NCBI RefSeq assembly: GCF_000400465.1
Contig: NW_008806275.1
Location: 120,001-152,000, forward strand
Source of the DNA: Wallemia ichthyophaga EXF-994
Lineage: Eukaryota > Fungi > Basidiomycota
Reading direction: 5' to 3'
Length of the DNA: 32,000 bases
Numbering within the stretch: position 1 is the first letter of the stretch; each line of letters opens with the position of its first letter. Shown piece by piece: positions 10,800 through 21,466 of this stretch. Both the position numbers and the translations under genes were made by a program. Under the pieces are notes generated by a model that made no database searches, had not been told where the DNA came from, and was given only the letters and a program-made list of their open reading frames with translations.

Positions 10800-13700
10800 C
10801 TAATCTGACTCCGTGTCTGGTTCACGCTCATTAATTGTTGAGTCTGACAAGAATCTCAATGTTCTTTGTCTCCTCCTCTCCTCCTGTGCCTTTACTTCAT
10901 TTCTAGACATCTTCTTCTTCTTCTTTGGCTTTGGTACGCTAGATCCGCTGTCCTCTGTTGCTGATGTAGCTGCTGAGTTGGCAGCAGATGCAGCAGCTGA
11001 AGCGGCTCTAGAAGCAGCCTTAGATCCTGGCTTTGGTCCCTTCTTCTCCTCAGGCGCATCTTCTATCTCTGCTGCCTTACCCTCGATCGACAATACACCG
11101 GCATCTACGTTCCAGATCTCTGGACAGACAGCGTGAACGAATTCGAGGTTGTGTGAGATAACACAAACAGCTCCTGTCCATGTGTTAATTGCTGTTGCGA
11201 GACCACCTACTGACTCTCTATCCAAGAAGTTGGTTGGTTCGTCGAGAATCAATATCTGTGGGTTGTTGTACATGGCTGCTGCAACTACAACCTTGACCTT
11301 TTGTCCACCTGACAGACCTGATATTTCATTGTACTGCGCAATATCACCATCCAATCCAAGATCTTCAAGCATCTTTCTAATCAACTCTGCCTTATTATCA
11401 CGCTGTCCTGCACCCTCTCTAGATGCTTCGAAATCATCGAATTGTTGAACGAGCTTTGAGAAGCCTGAGTCGATAAGCAACTCACGAGGAAGCCATACGT
11501 TCATCTATCTTATGTCAGCAAATTTTATCTCAGATATAATATACCATCCCACCTTATGAGGAAGACCCTTCCATTTGACGTCGTATTGGTAAGATTTCTT
11601 GAGCTTTTGACGACCCATAATTCTCTCCAAGTAGCGCGCTTCACCTGTTTTACCAACGATAGGAGTATCGAACATTTTCTTATCTTCATCGGTGAGCACA
11701 CGCGTCTCCTTCTCGAGCACTTCACGATCATATCCCTGCGCATAACGCCACTGGATGTATCCGATTGGTGTCTTTTCGAGATGTTGTTCAATGTGGTGGA
11801 AGGCGTGCTGGGCAACGTAACCGACACGAAGATTAGGATGCTTGTAAACGGATCCAGTTTGCGGCACCGTCTCACCAGTGATGAGCTTGATGAGTGTGGA
11901 TTTACCAGCACCGTTTGGACCAAGTATACCAACTCTGGAGCTGAGCGACAGCGCACAACTAACGCCATTTAATTGGGGTCTTGGTGTATTTGGATAAGCA
12001 AAGACACAATCCTTCAGTTTCATGATGGCGCGCGTGTTGGACCTCACTCCCATGAGTGATCCTGGTGGTGGGAAAGAAAACTTAATCGACGTCGCTTCGA
12101 GCGTGTAGTATGCTTGTGCTGCAGGAACTTGCGCAACAAATGCAGAAAGGTTGCCCTTGTAGTATACTAGTCTACGGTCTTCGTAGTGCATGATATCAGT
12201 GCACACAGCATCGAGGAAACCTGAGTCGTGAGAAACGGTGAGGATGGTGGTGTTGTTCTCGACCAACCAATTCTCGAGCCATTGAACAGATGGAACATCC
12301 AAGTGGTTCGTTGGTTCATCGAGCAGCAACACATCAGCCCCAATACACATGGCACGTCCGAGCTCAAGCTTCATCTTCCATCCACCAGACAATGACCCAA
12401 CTGGATCATTCTGCTTCTCTTGCGAAAACCCAACAGACTCAAGTGCTTCAGTGATTTTCTCACGTGCGAGTCCCTTGAGGTTTGGATCCGAGGCGACATA
12501 ATCTCCAATTGAAAGTGAGGCATCCTCACCTTGAAGAGCGTGCTCGACCATGATTGTACGAAGCTGGTCTTGGGTAGGGAAACCTTCAACCTTACCATCG
12601 CGGAGTGCCTTCAAAAGGGTGGATTTACCCTTACCGTTACCAGCACAGATACCGTATCTGCGACCACGTACGATTCTCAGAGTGGTGTGGTTAAGAAGCA
12701 ACAAACCACCGTAAGCTAAGGAAAAGTCAGTGCGACAAAGTTCTTCCCCATCGTCTTCGTACTCGTTGAGAGTACTAGCGTTGGCCTTTTTGTCAATTTC
12801 CAAAAAGACATCGAGGGTCTCTTGAGCGACCTTGTTAGCTTCGTCGCGCTTTCCTTGGAGGAAGTGTTGGAGGTACGGAGCGATGGTGAGATCAACCCAT
12901 TTAGATCTGTCAAAGTCACGGTCGTATGCGAGATCGACGATCATGTCTGAGATGTACTTGAGAGTGATAGCGATAAGGTCATCCTCTTCAATCTTTGGAG
13001 CAGCGACAACAGTAGTAACACCCTCGGCAGTAAGGAGGCGATTGAAGACTTCACACGCGTGGATAACTTCTTCAGGTCTCGAACGTGATGCTTCTGGGTT
13101 AGAAGAAGAAGCACCAGCGGAAACCATAATTTTGTGGGTTGTAGCAGCGAAAGCTCTAACTTCAGGGAAAGCGGCACCTTCCTTGATGTTGGTAACACCT
13201 GGGAAAAGGTCACCTAAATATCTTGCAGCAACGCGTGGGTCTCTGACGAGTTTAACGAGGTTACCAATGACGATGACGGTCATACGGATAGTCTCCATGC
13301 TCTTTTCTTTCAAAGCTCTACCAAGAAGAGGAACGAGAACGGCGAGACAAGGTCCATCGACTTCAGCAACGAAAGTGGTGGAGCTGAGTTGCTTGATGAG
13401 AGCAGGAACAGCGGTTGAAGACTGCATTGCGCTGACTAAAGAGGGGACATGTGGAAGAATGTCTGGGTTTTGAAGCAAAGAACAAACAGCCATAGAGCAC
13501 TTCTTAGCGGCTGATGAGACTTCAGATTTAGTGTCGTGCATAGCGGCTTCAAGGTGAGGAACGATTTCACCGAGATGTTCAGCGAATCTGCCTCTCCAAA
13601 GGGGACCACCAGATTTGACAAGTTTAGTAATAATTTGGAGAGCCATGGATTTGGATTTCCACTTGGCGGAGGAAGAAGACGTGAGTGACCAGATGTTCTC

Positions 13701-14162
13701 GAGTAGAGAAGTAATAGAATATGGATTGACCAATGAAATCAGAGCATCGATTGCAGATTGAGCAGCATCTTTAACGGCTTCGCCCTTGTCTGCAACGAGG
13801 TCGAGAAGAGTTGGGAGAGTGCCTATATAGAACACCTCCAAGCCACCGTGAACCTTTGCTCTTTTGAATAAAGATAAGAAAGCGATACACGCAGATTGAC
13901 GCTCATCGCCAGATTTCTTGTTTGTGGCTGATTTCAACAGTTTTTGGACGACGTCACTGGGCATAAGCGTGAGCGGGTAATATTATACTTGATTATAATT
14001 TAATCACCTCAAATATCTCACTCCTGCCTTGTCAAGGGTGGCTGCCAAAATTTCAGCGTGGTGTTTGGAATCCTCGGTAGACTCAGCCTTGAGGAGAGCG
14101 TCTACCGCGCCATTCAAATCACCAGAGAAATCGTTCAAGTTGAGCGATTCGACGCTGATCAT
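10800..14162 (-). CDS. NEW1: eEF3/New1-family ABCF ATPase (HEAT repeats, ABC1, ABC2 with chromodomain insert, Lys-rich tail); closer to New1/Elf1 by C-terminal motifs
   Basis: There are two Walker A motifs (GNGKGKST, GPNGAGKST), signatures LSGGWKMK and LSGGQKVK, two LDEPTN motifs and the chromodomain GRQKLKKSYQYDVKWK. FDDFEASREG, AVCPEIW and the KKKKKMSRNE..AQEERRRQR tail resemble yeast New1 more than Yef3. Introns are at about 13959-14008 and 11505-11552. Confidence 0.85.
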
Positions 14163-14268
14163 TCTGCTGGCTGTGGTGATCGTTGATAAGAAGGAAGAAT
14201 TTCTTAAGTTGAGTTGTTGGACAGCAACGACGAAATCAAAAATAATCAAAATTCAATTAAATTAAATT

Positions 14269-15682
14269 ATGAATAGAAATTCTATAGCCAGTGTCAGCCA
14301 CAGCTATTTGAGTCTCATCGTGCTCAGGATTCTCGCTGCGAATGGATTCAACAGGTCATCACAGCAATCCATCGAGTCTCTCACCCACGTTCTTGAATGC
14401 TTTCTCCTCAATTTGGCCCAATCTGCTGCCGATTACGCCCACATCGGCAGAAGATCTGATGTCTCCACCCACGACGCTGCTTCTGCCGTGCATGACGCTT
14501 TAGGCGATAACTACTTGGATAGTCTACACGATCTCATTGAAGACTCTCCTCGTCTCCACCTCAACAAGTCTCCCTGGGAGATTGAATGCCAAAAGGCTTT
14601 ATCCGGTGCGTTTGCTGTGTGTTTGGTGCTGCCCCTTTAACTCTCCCAAAGACCCAGAATTCGTCGGCTACAACCTCCGCCCAAGAGCCGTGCGCTACGA
14701 TTATGATAGAGTGCCTGAATTCCCCACCGCATCCCTCACTCGCTCTTCATCCGATATGGACATTGAGGACGACAACGATTTATTCGGCCAATCTGAACAG
14801 CAGCAGGAAGCAGTGGAAGTGGAAAAGGAAATCGATTGTGAAGAAACTTTCGATGTCGACGACGCTACCCTCATTCCACCCAAAAAGCGCTTCAAAGATG
14901 ATGCGCAACTCGTTCCAGCCGGTTTCCCTGATTTGCCTACGCAGAATCCACTTGAGGATCTCCCTGATGCCGAGGACATACATGCCACGCCTCAACTACC
15001 AAAAGCGCGCCAACAAGATGTCACCCAAGACATCTACGACCCTTACCTCAACCCTATCCCCTACAACCAATCGCAGCTATCGTCGCTGCATCCATACACA
15101 CCCCTCACTGCAGAGAACAGCAAAGAGGGTGCTGACAGTGTATCCGAAGCTGATTTCCTCGCTTTACTCCTCAATGCACATTCGAGTGCTGCTCAAATAC
15201 CCCAACTTAACAAATCGAATGGCAAGAATGTACAGAGGGAGAGAGTGGGCACGCTGTTATCGGCAGTGACGTTGAGTGATTTCAGTGCAGCTGATTCGCT
15301 TTACGGAATGTTCCCAGCAGCTGGTTTGAAAACACAAGCCACTGCACCCGCACCCTCACACTACCAGTCGAATAAGGAGAAGGAGAGTATGGATAATTAC
15401 GCAGATAAACTCAGACCTGTCGCTGCACTTCCTAGCTCGGCTGTTGCCGCTAATGCCCTCTTTAAGGCTAGATCCCCACTCGCTGCTCTAGCTAGAGTAC
15501 TTCCGAGCGACTTTAATAGACGTGTGACGAGAATGAAACACCCTGAAGCCCTTCACGACCCAGCTCACAAACATAAATTCACTTATGGTAGACCGCACTC
15601 GGTTCCAGGCAAGGAGAAGGATGAAAAAGGTCACTTGATCTACACATGGGATCACAAGCTTAAGGATTGGGGTAAGAGTTAG
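14269..15682 (+). CDS. Bromodomain-associated (BTP) histone-fold protein, TAF3/TAF8-like
   Basis: The N-terminal histone-fold pattern is IVLRILAANGF...SIESLTHVLECFLLNLAQSAADYAHIGRRSDVSTHDA..AV. A 46-nt intron at 14606-14651 joins ORFs 14269 and 14537 in frame. Confidence 0.7.
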
Positions 15683-16645
15683 ACGACGTTGTATTAGTGT
15701 TTGAAAGTGGTAATATGAATGGTACTTGATGCATTACGTAATTGACGGACGAAACTGACGACACTGATACACTGACTGCGATGAATATGGATAGCCAACG
15801 TGGCCTTCAACTCAAGTTGAACATGAGATGAGCACCTCTACCACCCACCCATCACGAGCATTTGGACCATTCAATTGAAATTGAACGACACGTATCGGCA
15901 TCAATTCTGGGTATTAACTAAACAACATAAACAATCAAGATGAGTTTAGAAGACTAGTGTTGATTGTGCGCATGCAACACACACGACTAAATAATACTGC
16001 CAGCTCGCGTTAACAAACAAGTTGAATCGAAATCGTTAACCTCAGATCACCACTTGGGCATTTTAGGCCGCACATGCCAAATCAAGCACATGAAGATGTC
16101 TAGGAAGGTCAAGTGGATTGGGTTGATGGGAAGCACTCCCCCGGCTCACAAGACTCCCCAGGAAAGTGGTGGCTGTCGCAACAAATGTGTTTACTGGAAA
16201 GCAACAACAAACAATATATCCAGCAGATTACCAAGTTAAAGTATTGCCCGTTCGCTAAACAGATTATTCATTACTCTGATTCAGCGATGACGGCAATCTC
16301 ACACTTGAAGGCTGGGGAAATTCCCGAGATGTTAGGGAAGATATACCATCGCCTGCTGGAGGCTTAGGGAGAAGATATTGAGTGAAATTGAGCAAGAAAA
16401 GGCGTTCGCCATATCTGTCGTTGAAGCTATACGAAAGGAAGCGTGTATTGATTAACAAGAATAAGAATCTACTGAAAGATTGAGCTCCATTTCAATGGCT
16501 TTGTATATTGTACATGCAACCACCCAAATGGTCCCAGCCTAAAGCGGAAAGGAGGTCTACAACAAGCAAAGGAGAAAAGATTATTCAAAATACACAACAC
16601 CCCTAAAACTCGTTTTATCTCATTAATACAAATTTTTCGCACTCG

Positions 16646-16680
16646 AGAGGAGATTTGCCGGGTGAATTAAATCTTCCTCT
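16646..16680 (+). promoter_or_regulatory. Inverted repeat (hairpin) immediately upstream of the eIF5A start
   Basis: AGAGGAGATTT (16646-16656) pairs with AAATCTTCCTCT (16669-16680), giving 11 bp with one bulge around a 12-nt loop. The function is not demonstrated. Confidence 0.4.
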
Positions 16681-16693
16681 TAGACAACTATCA

Positions 16694-17317
16694 AGTAAGA
16701 AATTTTTGAGAAAAGAGTTGAGTACGGCTGATTGTACGACGCAGTGAGCGACCACGAGGATCAACCAACTTTCGAATCAGCTGGTTAGTTGCTGTCAGGT
16801 GATATACGTGTTTACGCTGACATGAGGGAATTCAGGTGCCGGTGCTGCCCAGACTTACCCAGCCCAATGCTCTTCATTGAGAAAGAACGGCCACGTCGTC
16901 ATCAAGGGCATGCCTTGTAAGATTGTTGATATGAGCACTTCCAAGACTGGTATGTGGGGTGTACGCTTACAGGATTAGCTCAAAATACCACTAGGAAAGC
17001 ACGGTCACGCAAAGGTCAACCTTACTGCCTTGGATATCTTCACCGGCAAGAAATACGAGGATGTCTCACCATCCACCCACAACATGGACGTTCCAAACGT
17101 CAAGAGAACTGAGTTCCAATTGGTCGACGTCGACGACGGTTTCCTCAGCTTGCTCATGCCAAACGGCGATTCCAAGGACGACGTCAAGGTCCCAGAGGGT
17201 GAATTGGGTGAAAAACTTGAGAAGGACTTCAAGGATGGCAAGGATCTCATGGTCTCCATCCTCTCCGCTATGGATAGAGAATCTTGTGTTGGCTACAAGG
17301 AGGCGCCACAAAACTAG
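16694..17317 (+). CDS. TIF51A: Translation factor eIF5A; start codon split by intron 1
   Basis: The spliced product is [52 protein letters not shown]|[22 protein letters not shown]...KEAPQN*. The hypusine motif SKTGKHGHAK is intact. Intron 1 is 16695-16744. Confidence 0.95.
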
Positions 17318-17491
17318 GCTGGGTCTTTTGAAATTTTTGCATGATGAGTTGCTTCCCAAAGACGTTATCTTGTTATTTTTGAAAATATATAAATTTTAAA
17401 TATTCACATGTTCTGCTTTGATTGGGCGAGCGTCTTGGCAGGGTTTCAACCTGATTTTTATATTGTCTCGATACAATCACGAAACGGCGTG

Positions 17492-18729
17492 ATGAGAGCA
17501 AGTGTATTCTTAGTTGTGGAGTTGTTTATAGTAGTCTTTGCACTGTCCATTCTCTACACGGTCCTGCCGGCACACAAAGAGCCATTTTTCAGACCAGCAG
17601 ATGTGATGGAGAGTAAGGTGAATAACGAGCTTTTTCGAGCACCCTACAACGAAGTTTATCCACCACCGCGATCTTTCGAAGAGCCTGACTTTGGGCTGCT
17701 TACGAGCTCACCGCCGAGCCACTACCCTTGTAGCTCAGACAATGCACCGCGGCTATTCATCGGCATCTTCAGTACGCCAGACCCATCAGCTACAGCGCGC
17801 CGTGCGCTAATCCGCTCGCTCCTTTCGCAGACTTTCGAAGCAGTCGGTAATGCTGTGCTTGAGTACAAGTTCGTAGTGGGCACGAGTGAGCATGATAGTC
17901 AAAACAACGCACTCGCACAGGAGCATTCGGTGCATAAAGACATCCTTACCTTACCCACAAGCGAGAACATGAACAGCGGCAAATCGTACGCCTACTTCCG
18001 AGCGCTACTCGAGATGCACAAGCGCGACCCAGCCTTCACGCCGCAGTTTGTGGCGAAATGTGACGATGATACCCTGCTAGTTGTGCCTGCAGTCCTCAAC
18101 TCACTGAGTGGGCTACAGTGCGATCAGAATGTCTACTGGGGGACTTCGGCAGGACGCAGCAATCACTTCCCGGAGTACTTTCGCGGTCTCGCTTATATAC
18201 TCTCTTGGCCTCTCGTAGGATGGATCGGGGGGAGCGATGTTGGAACGCTGCACCAGCACGGCATCGAAGATGCTAGGACAGGCCAGTGGATGCAGATGCT
18301 ACCATATCTCTCACCCAGTGAAAGCGTCAGGCGTGTAGATAATAAGTGGAACATGGGAGATTGGAACCAGCTGAGCATCACGCAGGATACGCTGGCTTTG
18401 CATTGGTAGGTGTCACATCTGTGGCTGTCTAATGCTAGTCACGAATCCGTAATTACCCATCACTTATCACTCATACTCGTCCCAGGCTTAAAATGGACGA
18501 CTGGTATCGCACTCAGGCGGCTCTCATCGACGAGGCGTGGGACCTCACCAACGGTGCGTGGGTCTGGCGGGGGTTGCCGTCTCAAGAGGAGGAGAACCGG
18601 CGCAAGGAGATGCACAGAGTGGCTGTCGTGGAGAAGGCAATGGTGCGAGAGGCGTCCGAGAAGAGCGGGGTCTTGTTCGATGATGCTGAATATAACCGGT
18701 TACATCCGGAAGGGTTCACTGTGTTTTAG
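17492..18729 (+). CDS. Type II membrane glycosyltransferase, GT31 (galactosyltransferase-like) family
   Basis: An N-terminal signal-anchor is followed by RLFIGIFS, ARRALIR, YKFVVG, EHSVHKDIL.L...ENMNSGKSY.YF, AKCDDDT (DxD), RGLAYILSW and EDARTGQW. An intron near 18407-18487 joins ALHW|LKMDDWY. Confidence 0.8.
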
Positions 18730-18963
18730 CACGTCACGTGTCTTGGTTATTTTTTCGCTCTTTAATCGCATGCACGGGACGTGCACGGGATATACATGGA
18801 CATTGAACAGTAGACATTTATGCATGTACATAGAGAGAAAGAAAGAGAGGTATGGATGGTGTGGAGGAGGTATGAATTGTGCATAGAGGGTGAGTTGGGC
18901 GTTGAGAGCTGTGCACTGTGTTTGTATGCGCTGTTGTGCTGCTATGATTTATGCTTCAATGCT

Positions 18964-19339
18964 TCATATAAACCACCTGCGACTATTCCTGGCTGGTCTC
19001 TTACCCGAGCACTGCGGCTGTGTTAGTTAAAGTTGCACTAGAGCACTAAGCACTGTAGCAAAGCACCACATCACACCACACTCACAAAAGCATCGTCGCA
19101 GAACTCGTGTTGGGCTTTACACATGAGGCCACAGATGTCGCAACTCCAGTAGCAATCGACGTTGGACACGCCTGGATCGCTGACTGTCTGATTGGTGCGC
19201 TGCGTCGTGCGTGTGAGTTATTCTGCATGTTGTATTCTGTTTGTGGATACCTCCACACTCCTTCACAACTCACCTGGCTGATCGCACCACTAGCACTGCT
19301 AGAGACACTGGACTGCGACGGATTATGTACCATTTTCAT
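18964..19339 (-). CDS. Three-exon microprotein (75-77 aa) with a RanBP2-like zinc finger; not in the ORF track
   Basis: Exons 19339-19274, 19199-19086 and 19011-18964 (or 19017-18964) are separated by two phase-0 introns with GTGAGT donors, CTCAC/CTAAC branch motifs and CAG acceptors. The product is MKMVHNPSQSSVSSSASGAISQRTNQTVSDPGVSNVDCYWSCDICGLMCKAQHEFCDDAFCSGKRPARNSRRWFI*. Confidence 0.7.
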
Positions 19340-20103
19340 ACTCGGTTTTATTTCTTCGACACCCAGCAGACGTTACGACGTTACGGAAAAGCAGCCAAGG
19401 ATTCGCAAATTTATAAGCTACGCCCGGCAGCCGCGTGCCGGGAACTTGATCACTGAGGGGCGGTTGTGCGGGTGAGTGGGTTCCTGGAAGAGGAGTAGTG
19501 GTGGGAAGAGTGGTGTGTGTGTGTGGTGTATATGTGTGTATGTTGAATGAATTAATTCCTCACGTCACCCCGCGATAGAGTCCGATATGGAAAACAAGGT
19601 ACAGGTGCAGGATCGAATCAAACCAAGAAAAACCATGAACCAAATATTGGGGAAGGAGATTAAGGAGAAGGATTAAAATCAAAAATAAGGAAATTAATTT
19701 GAGTTTTGATGAATGGAGTATTGCGGATACGCGGCAGGTACAGCGGGATGTAAGGGTAGGTTGGGAGAAGCAGCTCTTCTAGCAACTTACCCATGGCTGT
19801 GTGTTGTTTTCCACCTTATTGTGATAATCGAGAAATCTCAACTGCGATTAATTTGCACCTCGGTATCAATTAGATAAGTAGAAGCTGTTTAAATGATATA
19901 TAGCGTGTATAGCGTACATGTCTGTGCTTATAAGACTCCATCACTTTGTTCATCTATCGCAAGCTGAGAAAGTTGATCGAGCAATTGTACGCCTTGAATT
20001 TAAAGGAAGAATATAAATAATGAATAAAATATTTCAAGTACATTATGAACACCACCAAATATACCGACCCGACCCTCCGTCTTCCAATACACTCACAACA
20101 CCC

Positions 20104-21334
20104 ATGGACCACACACGCGACGATAAATTGGTCTTTGAGAGCAGCGAGGAGGTTAGCGTGGCTACGTCATTTGATAAGATGGGCTTGAACGAGGATTTGA
20201 TCAGGGGGATTTATGCGTATAACTTTGAGAAGCCTTCTGCCATCCAGCAAAGGGCTATCGTACCTATAACCAAAGGCAGAGACGTTATTGCTCAGTCGCA
20301 GTCAGGCACCGGCAAGACTGGCAGCTTTGCTATATCGGCTCTTCAGGCTATTGATACGAATGTGAGGGATACACAGGCGTTGGTGTGAGTTGGAGCGGTA
20401 ACATGGATTATCCCAGCTAACAAATCACAGACTCAGCCCTACACGTGAATTGGCCACACAAATCCAATCCGTGGTCCTCGCTCTCGGTGACTACCTCTCC
20501 GTCCAATGCCACGCTTGCATCGGTGGTACCAGTGTTGGTGAGGATATCCGCAAACTCGACCACGGCCAGCACGTAGTCAGCGGTACTCCTGGCAGAGTAT
20601 ACGACATGATCCGCCGCCGTAACCTCCGCACGCGCAACATCAAAATGCTCATCCTCGACGAGGCAGACGAGCTCCTCAACCTTGGTTTCAAAGATCAGAT
20701 ATACGACATCTATCGCTATCTTCCACCAGCGACTCAAGTAGTCTTGTTCTCAGCCACCCTCCCTCACGATGTACTCGAAATGACCACCAAGTTCATGACT
20801 GATCCTATCCGCATTCTCGTTAAGCGCGATGAGATTACACTCGAAGGTATCAAACAGTTCTTCGTCGCTGTTGAAAAAGAGGAGTGGAAATTCGACACAC
20901 TCTGCGACCTCTACGACACCCTCACCATCACACAAGCTGTGATATTCTGCAACACGCGCAAAAAGGTCGACTGGCTTACTGATAAAATGCGTGAAGCTAA
21001 CTTTACTGTGAGCGCTATGCATGGTGAAATGCAGCAAAAGGATAGGGATGGAATCATGAATGAATTCAGGGGTGGAAATAGCAGAGTCCTCATCACTACT
21101 GACGTCTGGGCTCGTGGTATCGATGTCCAGCAAGTCAGTCTCGTCATCAACTACGATCTCCCAAGTAACCGTGAAAATTACATTCATCGCATTGGTAGAT
21201 CAGGCAGATTTGGTAGGAAGGGTGTTGCTATCAACTTTGTAACCACGGAAGATGTTAGGATACTCAGGGATATTGAGCAGTACTACGCTACTCAAATAGA
21301 CGAGATGCCACTTAATCTCTCTGAAATGGTTTGA
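20104..21334 (+). CDS. FAL1: DEAD-box RNA helicase eIF4AIII/Fal1 (exon junction complex core)
   Basis: All DEAD-box motifs are present ([45 protein letters not shown]). The eIF4AIII-type ends [11 protein letters not shown] and [10 protein letters not shown] are also seen. There is one intron at about 20385-20430. Confidence 0.93.
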
Positions 21335-21466
21335 GTGTTTGTGTTTAGTGCTTAATTTTGTCATGTAAAAGTAAATATTCATTATAAACGTAAACTAAAG
21401 ATGATTGATAATACACAAGTATTACACAGTATTACACAGTATAAAACACTCCTTCTCACTCCCTGG

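Noticed and set aside
12832-13473. 213-aa plus-strand ORF and other ORFs opposite the New1/eEF3 gene
   Set aside because: These are antisense shadows of a strongly codon-biased gene and have no independent motifs.
14586-15269. 227-aa alternative-frame ORF inside the TAF-like gene
   Set aside because: It is an off-frame reading of a low-complexity exon with no domain signal, and the other frame splices cleanly to the histone fold.
16694-16760. Possible GTG (non-AUG) initiation of eIF5A
   Set aside because: A canonical 50-nt intron supplies an ATG by splicing, which is the simpler explanation.
18407-18487. Longer (about 81 nt) GT31 intron as a second twin-intron candidate
   Set aside because: The internal CTAAT is too close to its AG and no second donor follows, so only one full signal set is present.
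19107-19475. 122-aa plus-strand ORF and the overlapping 71-aa ORF, with an intron-like GTGAGT...CTGAT...TAG
   Set aside because: There is no ATG start and no recognisable motif. The region is better explained by the minus-strand zinc-finger microprotein, which has a coherent motif across two phase-0 introns.
4693-21334. Apparent cluster of RNA and translation genes (symplekin, New1/eEF3, eIF5A, eIF4AIII)
   Set aside because: They are interspersed with unrelated housekeeping genes, and this density is plausible by chance in a compact genome.
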